Positions 1 through 8,964 of a stretch of DNA of 64,000 bases are shown here, one piece after another. The stretch covers positions 8,749 through 72,748 of the forward strand of contig CALBEY010000109.1 in NCBI GenBank assembly GCA_937888805.1. The letters are read 5' to 3'. Under the pieces are notes generated by a model. The model was not told where the DNA came from, ran no database searches, and saw only the letters and a program-made list of their open reading frames with translations. The DNA is from an uncultured Burkholderiaceae bacterium (lineage in GTDB: Bacteria > Pseudomonadota > Gammaproteobacteria > Burkholderiales > Burkholderiaceae_B). How positions within the stretch are numbered: position 1 is the stretch's first letter; each line of letters begins with the position of its first letter. The position numbers and the translations under genes were made by a program.

Positions 1-266
1 CCACGTGATCCATGAGCCAGCTGCCGGGGTTGTCGTTTATCAAAAAACAAATGATCATTAGTGTCTTTACGGCAAGAAATGCATTTTGTTGAACAACGTT
101 GTGACGTTATTTTTGTTTGTTACGCTGTTTTGACAGTTAACAGCTGTCAGTCTACTTAAACAAAAGTGGGTTAACCCTTAATATCAAATGAAAAAAAACC
201 TTTTCGCCTCTTTCGGTGATGGTTTTAGTCCCCAGGCGTTAGGATTTTTCTATCGACTTCGTAGTT

Positions 267-285
267 AAAAATGATTTTTATAATT
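267..285 (+). promoter_or_regulatory. Putative sigma70 -10 element (TATAAT, 279-284) overlapped by a Fur-family-like box upstream of rubrerythrin
   Basis: Perfect TATAAT at 279-284. AAAAATGATTTTTATAATT (267-285) matches the 19-bp E. coli Fur consensus at 12/19 positions. No good -35. Confidence 0.35.
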
Positions 286-380
286 CGCACGACTCCCCTA
301 AACTGCAATCAGAGCATCATTGATCAACACATTTTTGGTCGATTGATCGTTCGTTTTCTTCTAACTGCTAGGAGGTTTTT

Positions 381-800
381 ATGCATCTCAAAGGTTCCAA
401 GACTGAAGCCTGTCTGAAAGAGGCTTTCGCCGGTGAGTCACAAGCTAACCGTCGCTATCTTTACTTCGCGAACAAAGCTGACATTGAAGGTCAGAATGAT
501 GTCGCATCACTGTTTCGTTCGACTGCTGAAGGCGAAACAGGCCACGCACACGGCCACCTCGAATTCCTCGAGGCAGCAGGTGATCCAGCGACTGGCATGC
601 CTTTTGGTTCGACAACGGACAACTTGAAGACCGCAGTGGCTGGCGAAACGCACGAGTACACCGATATGTACCCTGGCATGGCCAAGACCGCTCGTGAAGA
701 AGGTTTTGATGAGATCGCTGATTGGTTTGAGACATTGGCAAAAGCCGAGCGCTCACACGCCAACCGTTTTCAGAAGGCCCTCGACACAGTCGTCGAATAA
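381..800 (+). CDS. Rubrerythrin (short, ferritin-like domain only)
   Basis: [62 protein letters not shown] di-iron motifs; GGAGG RBS at 370-374; no C-terminal rubredoxin domain. Confidence 0.95.
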   Translation: MHLKGSKTEACLKEAFAGESQANRRYLYFANKADIEGQNDVASLFRSTAEGETGHAHGHLEFLEAAGDPATGMPFGSTTDNLKTAVAGETHEYTDMYPGMAKTAREEGFDEIADWFETLAKAERSHANRFQKALDTVVE

Positions 801-833
801 GTACACCGTCATAACCGACTGAAACAGTCGGAT

Positions 834-865
834 GCGTGCCCCGCGCTCGTTGGTTCGGGGCACGC
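834..865 (+). other. Intercistronic stem-loop (10-bp perfect stem)
   Basis: GCGTGCCCCG (834-843) / CGGGGCACGC (856-865); preceded by a second hairpin CCGACTG-AAA-CAGTCGG (815-831). Confidence 0.7.
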
Positions 866-925
866 TACGCTTTAAACGCGTTTGTTTCACCCCCCGACTG
901 AAGAACATCATCAAGGAAGCGGCAC

Positions 926-2263
926 ATGTCCACACGCGAAGGCAATTTAGAAGCCCCGACACGACACCCATTGGATTGGAACAATCCAGACTTTTATGAC
1001 GAAACGAAGCTGAACGCGGAACTCGAGCGCGCATTCGATATCTGTCATGGCTGCCGTCGCTGTGTTTCACTGTGTGGTTCGTTTCCAGCCCTTTTTGATC
1101 TTCTCGATGAGACCGAAGACGGCGAAGTTCACGGCATCGACAAGGCCGATTACGTTAAGGTCGTCGATCAGTGCTTTTTGTGTGACGTCTGTTACATGAC
1201 AAAGTGCCCTTACGTGCCACCACACCCCTTTGACTTGGACTTTCCACACTTGATGTTGCGTGCCAAAGCCGTCAAGTTCAAGAAAGGTGAGACCACGATG
1301 CGCGACAAGTTGTTGTCGTCGACCGATACCATGGGTAAGTTTGCAGGTATCCCAATCGTGACTGAGTCTGTCAACGCTTTGAATAAAACCAAAGCCATGC
1401 GTTCGGTCATGGAATCCACGTTGGGCGTTGATAAAAACGCTTGGATTCCAGAGTACGCTAAAAAGACATTCCCCCAAATTGCTGAAAAGTCGGCTGCTTG
1501 GCCTGTTCGCAACGGTGATCGCACCCAAGGCAAAGTCGCCATCTTTTCAACCTGTTACATCAATTACAACGAGCCTGGCATTGGTCAGGACTTGTTGGCG
1601 ATTCTCAATCACAACGAGATTCCCTATGTGTTGGTTGAGAAAGAAGCTTGTTGTGGCATGCCTAAGTTGGAACTCGGCGATTTAGACGCCGTGGCGGCCA
1701 ACAAAGAAAAGAACATGCCTAAGTTGGCTAAGTTAGCTCGAGAAGGCTATGCCATCGTGACGCCAATTCCGTCTTGCACGCTGATGTTTAAGCAAGAACT
1801 GCCATTGATGTTCCCGGATTGTGAAGACTCTCAACTCGTTAAAGCGGCCATGTGGGATCCGTTTGAGTACTTCATTGCTCGCAATAAAGAAGGCTTGCTC
1901 AAGACCGACTTTAAACATGAGTTGGGTCATGTGAGCTATCACGTGCCTTGCCACTCAAGGGTACAAAACGTTGGTAAGAAAACTGCTGAGATCTTGAACT
2001 TGGTGCCAGGCACTGAGGTCAATGTGGTCGAGCGGTGTTCGGGCCATTCGGGCACTTGGGGTGTGAAAAAGGAGTATCACAACATGGCCATGAAGATCGG
2101 TAAGCCAGTTTTCAAAGCAATGGCCAACAAAGAGCCCAATTACATCAGCTCAGACTGTCAACTGGCGGGTCACCACATTGCTCAGGGTATGCGTGAGAAC
2201 GGCTTGAAAGAAGCCGAAATGGCCCACCCACTGACATTGATTGTCAAAGCCTATGGTTTGTAA
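926..2263 (+). CDS. Fe-S oxidoreductase (GlpC/heterodisulfide-reductase-like, two CCG domains)
   Basis: CHGCRRCVSLC and CFLCDVCYMTKCP 4Fe-4S motifs; CCGMP and CSGHSG CCG-domain motifs. Confidence 0.9.
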   Translation: MSTREGNLEAPTRHPLDWNNPDFYDETKLNAELERAFDICHGCRRCVSLCGSFPALFDLLDETEDGEVHGIDKADYVKVVDQCFLCDVCYMTKCPYVPPHPFDLDFPHLMLRAKAVKFKKGETTMRDKLLSSTDTMGKFAGIPIVTESVNALNKTKAMRSVMESTLGVDKNAWIPEYAKKTFPQIAEKSAAWPVRNGDRTQGKVAIFSTCYINYNEPGIGQDLLAILNHNEIPYVLVEKEACCGMPKLELGDLDAVAANKEKNMPKLAKLAREGYAIVTPIPSCTLMFKQELPLMFPDCEDSQLVKAAMWDPFEYFIARNKEGLLKTDFKHELGHVSYHVPCHSRVQNVGKKTAEILNLVPGTEVNVVERCSGHSGTWGVKKEYHNMAMKIGKPVFKAMANKEPNYISSDCQLAGHHIAQGMRENGLKEAEMAHPLTLIVKAYGL

Positions 2264-2307
2264 AAAGATGTTGACTGACTGAAACGATTAACGAGACACA
2301 AGGAGGT

Positions 2308-2898
2308 ATGTTTATGGGCAAGATCACGCGCGAAAGCCTCATGTCGTTAGAGGCTTACCACAAGGCCCGCCCAGAAATGCGTCAGAAAGCAATGGCCGAG
2401 CGTCGTTTGCGTTCGGTTCACTTGGGTGAGCACATCGTGCTCATTTTTGAGAACGAATTACTGATGCGCTATCAGATTCAAGAAATGTTGCGTGTTGAGA
2501 AGGTGTTTGAAGAAGAAGGCATCATGGAAGAGATCGAAGCCTACGATCCCTTGGTTCCTGACGGTTCGAATTTCAAAGCCACCATGCAAATTGAATACAT
2601 CAACGAAGCCGATCGCAAAATTGCGTTAGGCAAGTTGGTGGGTGTCGAGCACCGGATCTTTGTGCAAGTGGAGGGTCAGGCTCGCGTTTACGCCATCGCT
2701 GATGAAGATTTGGAGCGCTCAACCGATGTTAAAACCGCTGCGGTGCATTTTTTGCGGTTTGAGTTGAACGACGAAATGAAGAAGTCGCTGAAGAGCGGTG
2801 CGCAACTGATGGTTGGCTGTGACCACAAAGAGTACCCCATGCATGTTGATGCCTTGCCTGACGCTACGTTGGCCTCACTGGTCAGTGATCTCAGCTAA
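2308..2898 (+). CDS. DUF3501 family protein
   Basis: YQIQEMLRVE...YDPLVP...FKATMQIEY and AAVHFLRFEL; third gene of the rubrerythrin operon; AGGAGG RBS. Confidence 0.85.
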   Translation: MFMGKITRESLMSLEAYHKARPEMRQKAMAERRLRSVHLGEHIVLIFENELLMRYQIQEMLRVEKVFEEEGIMEEIEAYDPLVPDGSNFKATMQIEYINEADRKIALGKLVGVEHRIFVQVEGQARVYAIADEDLERSTDVKTAAVHFLRFELNDEMKKSLKSGAQLMVGCDHKEYPMHVDALPDATLASLVSDLS

Positions 2899-3847
2899 AT
2901 GCTTTCTGTGACAACCAAGCGGCGCCTCGAACGCCGCTTGAGTCACCGTGTTTGGCTCTCACAATCTTGGTTTGAACCGACGCACTGAACACAAATCGCT
3001 CGAGTTCTCGCGGCAGTTTTTCGTAAAGCCAAGGCATCTGACTTAACCCCCCACCCAACACAATACAGTCTGGATCCATCACGTTGATGACGGTGGCAAG
3101 CGCCGCGCCCAACTGCATCACGTAGATGGTCATGGCTTGCTGCGCTTGGGGTTCACCGCGCATGTACCGATTGGCAATGGTGTCAGCACTGGCTTGCTTG
3201 GGGCCGATATCGGTGTAGGTCTGACTCAAACCGGGGCCTGAAAGGTAGGTTTCTATGCAGTCGCGTTGACCACAATAACAGGCCCGACTTGGTAGCTGGA
3301 TTGTTCTCGCCATACTCGCGAAAGTGGGTAACGGATTGTGTCCCCATTCGCCGGCAATGTGTTGGCGACCCGTGTGCAAGTGCCAATTGATAAACCAACC
3401 GCCGCCGACCCCCGTGCCCAAAATCACACCAAATACGGTTCTGTCTTGGCTTGCCGCGCCATCGGTGGCTTCAGACAAGGTGAAACAGTTGGCGTCATTT
3501 TCTAAAAAAACAGGGATTTCAAGCAAGCGTTGTAAATCGATGGCCAGCGGTTGCCCAATCAGGCAGGTGGTATTGGCGTTTTTGAGCTGACCCGTTTCAG
3601 GTATTGGCGCGCCGGGTGCACCGATTCCAAGCGCCTGAGCGCGGATGCGTGTTTCGCCCTGAGCATGGCTGAGTAATTGGGCAATGTTGTGCAGGATTGC
3701 AAGGTAGTCGCTCGCTGGCGTCGGTAAGCGAGCGCGATGCAGAAACTGACCCTGAGGGTCAAGCACCGCGATTTCGGTTTTGGTGCCACCGAGATCAACC
3801 CCAAAAAGGCATTCTGAGGCATCCCCCCCCGTTTTATTAGGGCTCAT
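2891..3847 (-). CDS. ROK-family sugar kinase (fructokinase/Mak-like)
   Basis: GVDLGGTK, ENDANCF, GTGVGGG, AGEWGHNP, CYCGQRDCIE zinc motif, GDSSGVRGAAWL; start uncertain. Confidence 0.9.
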   Translation of the reverse strand: MSPNKTGGDASECLFGVDLGGTKTEIAVLDPQGQFLHRARLPTPASDYLAILHNIAQLLSHAQGETRIRAQALGIGAPGAPIPETGQLKNANTTCLIGQPLAIDLQRLLEIPVFLENDANCFTLSEATDGAASQDRTVFGVILGTGVGGGWFINWHLHTGRQHIAGEWGHNPLPTFASMARTIQLPSRACYCGQRDCIETYLSGPGLSQTYTDIGPKQASADTIANRYMRGEPQAQQAMTIYVMQLGAALATVINVMDPDCIVLGGGLSQMPWLYEKLPRELERFVFSASVQTKIVRAKHGDSSGVRGAAWLSQKAFS

Positions 3848-4604
3848 CGGGATGGGTCCGATGCCAGCGTGTTTCTAGCTCAAAACGGTCAGGACTATAA
3901 AAATTGTGTGATGCGCTCATGACGTTTTTTGCCTCGTCAAGGTAGATACGCGTCATTTTAAGGGTGGGTGCTTTGGCCGATACACCGAGTTCAAGGGCGG
4001 CCGCCGCGGGGATCGTGGCTGCCTCAATGCGTTGAATAACAGTATCAACAGGGATACCGAACAAATCAGCATGGAGGTTAAAAATGCTGACGTGATTGCC
4101 CTTTAATTTTTTCGCAATGTCAGCATAGGCGGGGCGCAGATAGACCTGGCTGTATGAGATGGGTTCCTTGCGCTGTAACTGGTGCCGATAGGCATGCAGC
4201 ATAAGCCAGCTTGACTGAGGTTCAACGCCTAGCGATTCGGCTTGAGCCTTTTTGAGGGTAATGTTTTCTGTATCGAACACGACCAAGCGGGTGTTGTGGG
4301 TGTAATCCATCAATTCTTTCATCGAGCCTAGGGCGGCAACGTAAGGCTTTTCGACGCTAGGCTCTTTGGCAGTGACGACTGTGCCGGAGCTGCGACGACG
4401 ACGAATGAGTCCATTCTCAACGAGCAGACGAGTCGCCTCCCTGACGGTGTGTCGGCTGACTTGATATTTGATGGCAATTTTCTCTTCCGTGGGGAAATGA
4501 CTGCCGACGGGGTACTTACCCTCGCGTATATCGGTGAGTAGGCAGTCATGTAGCCAAAGGTATCGTGGCCCCAGTGACTCATTTTGGTATTTTGCTAATG
4601 TCAT
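3837..4604 (-). CDS. GntR-family regulator, HutC/UTRA subfamily
   Basis: wHTH YPVGSHFPTEEKIAIKYQVSRHTVREA...RRSSGTVV followed by a UTRA-like domain; divergent from the catabolic operon. Confidence 0.9.
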   Translation of the reverse strand: MTLAKYQNESLGPRYLWLHDCLLTDIREGKYPVGSHFPTEEKIAIKYQVSRHTVREATRLLVENGLIRRRRSSGTVVTAKEPSVEKPYVAALGSMKELMDYTHNTRLVVFDTENITLKKAQAESLGVEPQSSWLMLHAYRHQLQRKEPISYSQVYLRPAYADIAKKLKGNHVSIFNLHADLFGIPVDTVIQRIEAATIPAAAALELGVSAKAPTLKMTRIYLDEAKNVMSASHNFYSPDRFELETRWHRTHPDEP

Positions 4605-4681
4605 TGCCTGAGTTTTAACGTGATGGGTTGTCTAAAGTTAATAATGGTTAGTACGGATAACAGTGAACTTGATGAAGTTAT

Positions 4682-4697
4682 CATTGTCCGTACAATG
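4682..4697. promoter_or_regulatory. Candidate GntR operator palindrome CATTGT-CCGT-ACAATG
   Basis: 6-bp perfect arms; related copies at 4647-4661 (opposite strand, TTATCCGTACTAA) and 4714-4725 (TTGTCCGCAAAT). Confidence 0.6.
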
Positions 4698-4762
4698 CGT
4701 TGCTGTCTCGCTTTTGTCCGCAAATTAATATCGCACCCCACTTTTAGGAAAATGAGCTGTTT

Positions 4763-5938
4763 ATGGATAATGCCAAAAGTCAGCAACCTGATCATACGTT
4801 AAGCGCGAGTCCGTTCGCAGGTCTAACGGTGATCGAGATCAGTAACAGTGTGGCAGCCCCGTTTGCTGGACAAATTTTCAGCGAGCTTGGCGCTCGTCTC
4901 ATCAAAGTAGAAAAGCCTGAAGGTGATGACGCGCGGGGGTGGGGGCCACCGTTCTGGGAAGGGGCATCAGCATATTTTCAAGCCCTAAACCGAAACAAAC
5001 TGTCGATCGTTTGCGACTTAAGGGATGCCGAGCAGATCGAGCGCCTTAAAGCATTGATTCTGTCAGAGGCCGATATCGTCATTCAGAATTTAAGACCAGG
5101 CCAAGTTGAAAAGCTTGGCATTGATGCCGACACGCTGTTGGCACTGAAACCCTCACTGATCTATTGCAACTTGGGTGCTTTTGGTCGGCAAGGGCCATTA
5201 AAAGACAAGCCAGGATACGATCCCTTGATGCAAGCCTTCAGTGGCATTATGAGTACGACAGGTGAGCCTGGTCGTCCCTCGGTGCGTGTTGGCGCCTCTC
5301 TTGTTGATATGGGTACAGGCATGTGGGCTGTGATTGGTAGCCTTGGTGCATTATTAGAACGTCAACACACTGGCAAGGGTCGAGTGGTCGATGTTTCATT
5401 ATTTGAAACGGCTTCTTGTTGGGTGTCCTTGATGGCATCGCAGTACTTGGCCAGCGGCGAATTGGCCTCACGTCAGGGCTCTGGTGCATCAGGTATCGTG
5501 CCGTATAAGGGCTATGTCACGAGCGATGGCGAAGTTGTTATCGCAGCCGGTAGTGACAAACTTTTTCGCAAATTGACAGTGGTTCTAAATCGCCCTGAAT
5601 GGGCAACAGACCCCAGGTTTGTTGATAACCCCAACCGTGTCAAACACCAAACCATTCTCTATGGTCTCATTGAGCCGCTGATCGCTCAGCAAAGCACCGA
5701 CTATTGGGTTGATGTTCTTGAAACACATGGAATTCCGTGCTCACCGGTCAACAATTTGGCGCAGATGCTAGCGCATCCCCAGACGGCGGCCATGGGTCTG
5801 GTGCAAGATGTGCCTGGCACAGCCATGAGATTTCTTGGATTACCGTTAAGTTTTGATGGGCAACGCCCCTCGCCTAGAAGCGCACCGCCCAAACTCGGCG
5901 AGCACAACAGTCTTTTAAAAGGAGTAATCAGTAAATGA
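4763..5938 (+). CDS. Family III (CaiB/BaiF) CoA-transferase
   Basis: FAGLTVIEI...AAPFAGQIFSELGARLIKVE, NRNKLSI, IQNLRPG, catalytic Asp in ASLVDMGTG, APPKLGEHN. Confidence 0.93.
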   Translation: MDNAKSQQPDHTLSASPFAGLTVIEISNSVAAPFAGQIFSELGARLIKVEKPEGDDARGWGPPFWEGASAYFQALNRNKLSIVCDLRDAEQIERLKALILSEADIVIQNLRPGQVEKLGIDADTLLALKPSLIYCNLGAFGRQGPLKDKPGYDPLMQAFSGIMSTTGEPGRPSVRVGASLVDMGTGMWAVIGSLGALLERQHTGKGRVVDVSLFETASCWVSLMASQYLASGELASRQGSGASGIVPYKGYVTSDGEVVIAAGSDKLFRKLTVVLNRPEWATDPRFVDNPNRVKHQTILYGLIEPLIAQQSTDYWVDVLETHGIPCSPVNNLAQMLAHPQTAAMGLVQDVPGTAMRFLGLPLSFDGQRPSPRSAPPKLGEHNSLLKGVISK

Positions 5939-6735
5939 ACGCCTTTCCCACCTACGAAACCGTGACCCTCAATCGGGTCGGTAACCATGTCTTGCAGGTG
6001 ACATTAAATCGTCCCCATGTCGGAAATGCGATCAACACACAAGTCGGTCATGATTTGTTGGATTTGTGGAACCGACTCACTGAGGACGCTGGCGACATTC
6101 GTTGCGTCGTATTAACGGGCGCTGGTGAGAAGATTTTTTGCGCGGGCGGTGACTTAAAAGAGCGCAATGGCATGACCAAGCGACAGTGGACCTTGCAACA
6201 CGAACTCTTTGAGCGGATGTTTTGGACACTGGTTGACCTACCGGTTCCCATTATTGCCGCTGTGAACGGTCATGCCTATGCGGGTGGCTTGGAGCTTGCT
6301 TTGTCGTGTGACTTTATATACGCCAGCCAGTCCGCCCGATTCGCTTTGACTGAAGCGACCTTGGGTATCATGCCCGGTGCTGGCGGCACACAAAACTTGC
6401 CGCGTGCCATTGGTGAGCGTCGTGCCAAAGAAATCATCATGACGGGTCGCCCTTTCGATGCAGAAAAAGCGTTGGGTTGGGGGCTGGTCAATGAAGTTTG
6501 CGAACCGTCCAATGTTTTGGTTCGAGCACTAGAGACAGCCGAAATCATTGCCGGCAATGCACCCTTGTCGGTGCGTCAAGTCAAAAAGTCCATTCGATAT
6601 GGTGGTCAGATGGAGCTACGCACGGCTTTGCGATTTGAAGTTGAGGCATATAACCATTTGATCGATACCGAAGATCGGATGGAGGGTGTGCTGGCCTTTA
6701 ACGAAAAGCGTAAGCCCAGCTTCAAGGGCAAATAG
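5935..6735 (+). CDS. Enoyl-CoA hydratase (crotonase family)
   Basis: FCAGGDLKE oxyanion motif; both catalytic Glu present (GGLEL and FALTEATLG). Confidence 0.92.
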   Translation: MNAFPTYETVTLNRVGNHVLQVTLNRPHVGNAINTQVGHDLLDLWNRLTEDAGDIRCVVLTGAGEKIFCAGGDLKERNGMTKRQWTLQHELFERMFWTLVDLPVPIIAAVNGHAYAGGLELALSCDFIYASQSARFALTEATLGIMPGAGGTQNLPRAIGERRAKEIIMTGRPFDAEKALGWGLVNEVCEPSNVLVRALETAEIIAGNAPLSVRQVKKSIRYGGQMELRTALRFEVEAYNHLIDTEDRMEGVLAFNEKRKPSFKGK

Positions 6736-6791
6736 AGCGGATTTTTCATAGAGAAAATCGGTATCGAACCATGTTAAGCAAGGAGTTTGCG

Positions 6792-7733
6792 GTGAAACAG
6801 AAAATTATTTTGCGCGAAGTGGGCCTACGAGACGGTTTGCAAATTCATCCCACCTTTATGCCGACTGACAGAAAGCTTGCTTGGATTGCTGCCGAAGCGG
6901 CTGCTGGCATCGGTGAAATTGAGGTGACTTCATATGTCCCTCCCAAGCTCATCCCACAGTTTGCCGACGCGGCTGAAGTGACCACCGAGTCGCTGCGCAT
7001 TCCCAATCTAATGGTGGCCGCGCTCATTCCCAATTTAAGGGGGGCACAGCGTGGCATTGAGTTGGGCGTGCAAAAGCTCAACTTTGTGATGTCAGTGAGC
7101 CACACGCACAATCTAAAAAACGTACGTCGCGAACCCGATGAGTCGGTGGCTGACTTCAAAAGCATCGTGGCACTAATTAAGGCGCAGCCTGAAGGCAAAC
7201 GACCCATCATCACGGGCGGTTTGTCCACAGCTTTGGGGTGCTCCTATGAGGGTCGTGTTGCGGTTTCAGCGGTGGTTAAGCGAGCTGTTCAGTTGGTTCA
7301 GGCCGGTGCAGATGAATTGGTGGTGGCAGATACCGTTGGCTATGCCGATCCTATCCAAGTTCGAGAGGTCTTCCAAGCGGTACTTAAAGAAGTTGGCGAC
7401 ACGCCCGTAGCGGCTCATTTCCACGACACTCGCGGCACCGGTTTGGCAAACGTCAGTGCGGCTTTGGATTGTGGCATCACACGCTTTGATGCGTCCTTGG
7501 CAGGCCTCGGTGGTTGTCCCTTTGCACCTGGCGCGAGTGGCAACATTGTGATGGAGGACCTTTGCTTTATGCTCGATTCAATGGGTTACAACACGGGCGT
7601 GGACCTCGGGCAGTTGGTGCAAGTGCGCGAGATCATCTCGCAAGCCCTACCAGATGTCAGCTTGCAAGGTGCGATTGCGCGTGCGGGATTGCCGCACAAC
7701 TATCAGACGGCAGCCCAACGGCGTGCCGCCTAG
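6792..7733 (+). CDS. HMG-CoA-lyase-family (HMGL-like) acyl-CoA lyase
   Basis: REVGLRDGLQ, HFHDTRG metal site, GLGGCPFAPGASGN; GTG start at 6792 after AGGAG (the ORF track starts at 6771). Confidence 0.9.
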   Translation: MKQKIILREVGLRDGLQIHPTFMPTDRKLAWIAAEAAAGIGEIEVTSYVPPKLIPQFADAAEVTTESLRIPNLMVAALIPNLRGAQRGIELGVQKLNFVMSVSHTHNLKNVRREPDESVADFKSIVALIKAQPEGKRPIITGGLSTALGCSYEGRVAVSAVVKRAVQLVQAGADELVVADTVGYADPIQVREVFQAVLKEVGDTPVAAHFHDTRGTGLANVSAALDCGITRFDASLAGLGGCPFAPGASGNIVMEDLCFMLDSMGYNTGVDLGQLVQVREIISQALPDVSLQGAIARAGLPHNYQTAAQRRAA

Positions 7734-7760
7734 GGCAGCGTTGAGTTAATTAAAGAGACA

Positions 7761-8945
7761 ATGATGACCACTATCAATCATTTGAGTATCGCCTGCGGTG
7801 AGGACTTTGCTGACATTCGGGAGAGCGTGCGCCGAGTTTGTGCTGACTTTCCCGGCCGCTATTGGCGCGACCTTGAAGAAACAGAGGCGTACCCCACCGA
7901 GTTCGTCAAAGCGCTCACGGATGCTGGCTTCTTGGGTGCCTTGATTCCCGAGGCCTATGGCGGCAGTGGGATGCCTTTGCGGGCAGCGATGGTGATATTG
8001 GAAGAGATTCACGCTTCAGGCTGTAACGCGGGTGCATGCCATGCTCAGATGTACACCATGGGCACGGTGCTGCGCCACGGCAGTGACGCCCAAAAAGAAA
8101 AGTACCTGCCTGAGATTGCCGCTGGTCGTTTGCGGCTCCAGGCGTTTGGTGTGACTGAGCCCACTTCAGGGACTGACACCACCAAACTCAAAACACGAGC
8201 GGTGCGCGATGGTGATGAGTATGTGATCAATGGTCAGAAAGTGTGGACCTCGCGTGCGCTGCATTCTGATTTGATGCTGCTCTTGGCTCGCACCACGCCA
8301 CTAGACGAGGTCAAGAAAAAAAGTGAGGGATTGTCGGTTTTTTTGATCGATATTCGCCAAGCGCGCAACAAAGGGCTTGAGATTAAGCCCATCAAGGCGA
8401 TGGTCAATCACAACACGACAGAGGTGTTTTTTGACAATTTGCGCATTCCGGCTGACAGTTTGATCGGTGAAGAGGGTAAGGGATTTCGTTACATCCTCGA
8501 TGGCATGAACGCCGAACGTATTTTGGTGTCAGCAGAGGCCATTGGAGATGCCCGATGGTTTACACAAAAGTCAGTCGCGTATGTGTCTGAGCGACGTGTT
8601 TTTGACCGGCCGATTGGACAAAACCAAGCCGTACAATTTCCAGTGGCACGGGCTTATGCCGAAGCGCAGGCGGCAGACCTCGTCTTGAGACGGGCAGCGG
8701 CACTGTTTGACCAGGGGCTACCGTGCGGTGATGACGCCAACATGGGTAAGTTGTTGGCCTCTGATGCGGCCTGGCATGCGGCTGAGGCGTGCTTGCAAAA
8801 TCACGGTGGCTTTGGCTATGCGCGTGAGTACGATGTCGAACGCAAATGGCGCGAGACCCGTCTGTTTCAAATTGCACCCATTTCCACCAATCTTGTGTTG
8901 TCTTACATCGGTGAGCACATATTGGGTATGCCACGCTCGTTTTGA
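7761..8945 (+). CDS. Acyl-CoA dehydrogenase
   Basis: GVTEPTSGTD, INGQKVWTS, NAERIL, HGGFGYAREYDVERKWRETRLFQIAPISTNL, C-terminal MPRSF. Confidence 0.93.
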   Translation: MMTTINHLSIACGEDFADIRESVRRVCADFPGRYWRDLEETEAYPTEFVKALTDAGFLGALIPEAYGGSGMPLRAAMVILEEIHASGCNAGACHAQMYTMGTVLRHGSDAQKEKYLPEIAAGRLRLQAFGVTEPTSGTDTTKLKTRAVRDGDEYVINGQKVWTSRALHSDLMLLLARTTPLDEVKKKSEGLSVFLIDIRQARNKGLEIKPIKAMVNHNTTEVFFDNLRIPADSLIGEEGKGFRYILDGMNAERILVSAEAIGDARWFTQKSVAYVSERRVFDRPIGQNQAVQFPVARAYAEAQAADLVLRRAAALFDQGLPCGDDANMGKLLASDAAWHAAEACLQNHGGFGYAREYDVERKWRETRLFQIAPISTNLVLSYIGEHILGMPRSF

Positions 8946-8964
8946 GCCAATAACGGAAAAGATT

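Noticed and set aside
1-13. Possible minus-strand gene start (ATG GAT CAC GTG) at the left edge
   Set aside because: Only four codons are visible, so it cannot be supported.
188-268. 26-aa Phe-rich small ORF (MKKNLFASFGDGFSPQ...)
   Set aside because: No Shine-Dalgarno, no attenuator structure, and no logical link to rubrerythrin.
8707-8964. Long N-terminal extensions in the ORF track (8707, 15138, 30182, 46472, 51816, 57391, 61362)
   Set aside because: Most overlap the upstream gene, and family homology starts only at the downstream start codons used here.
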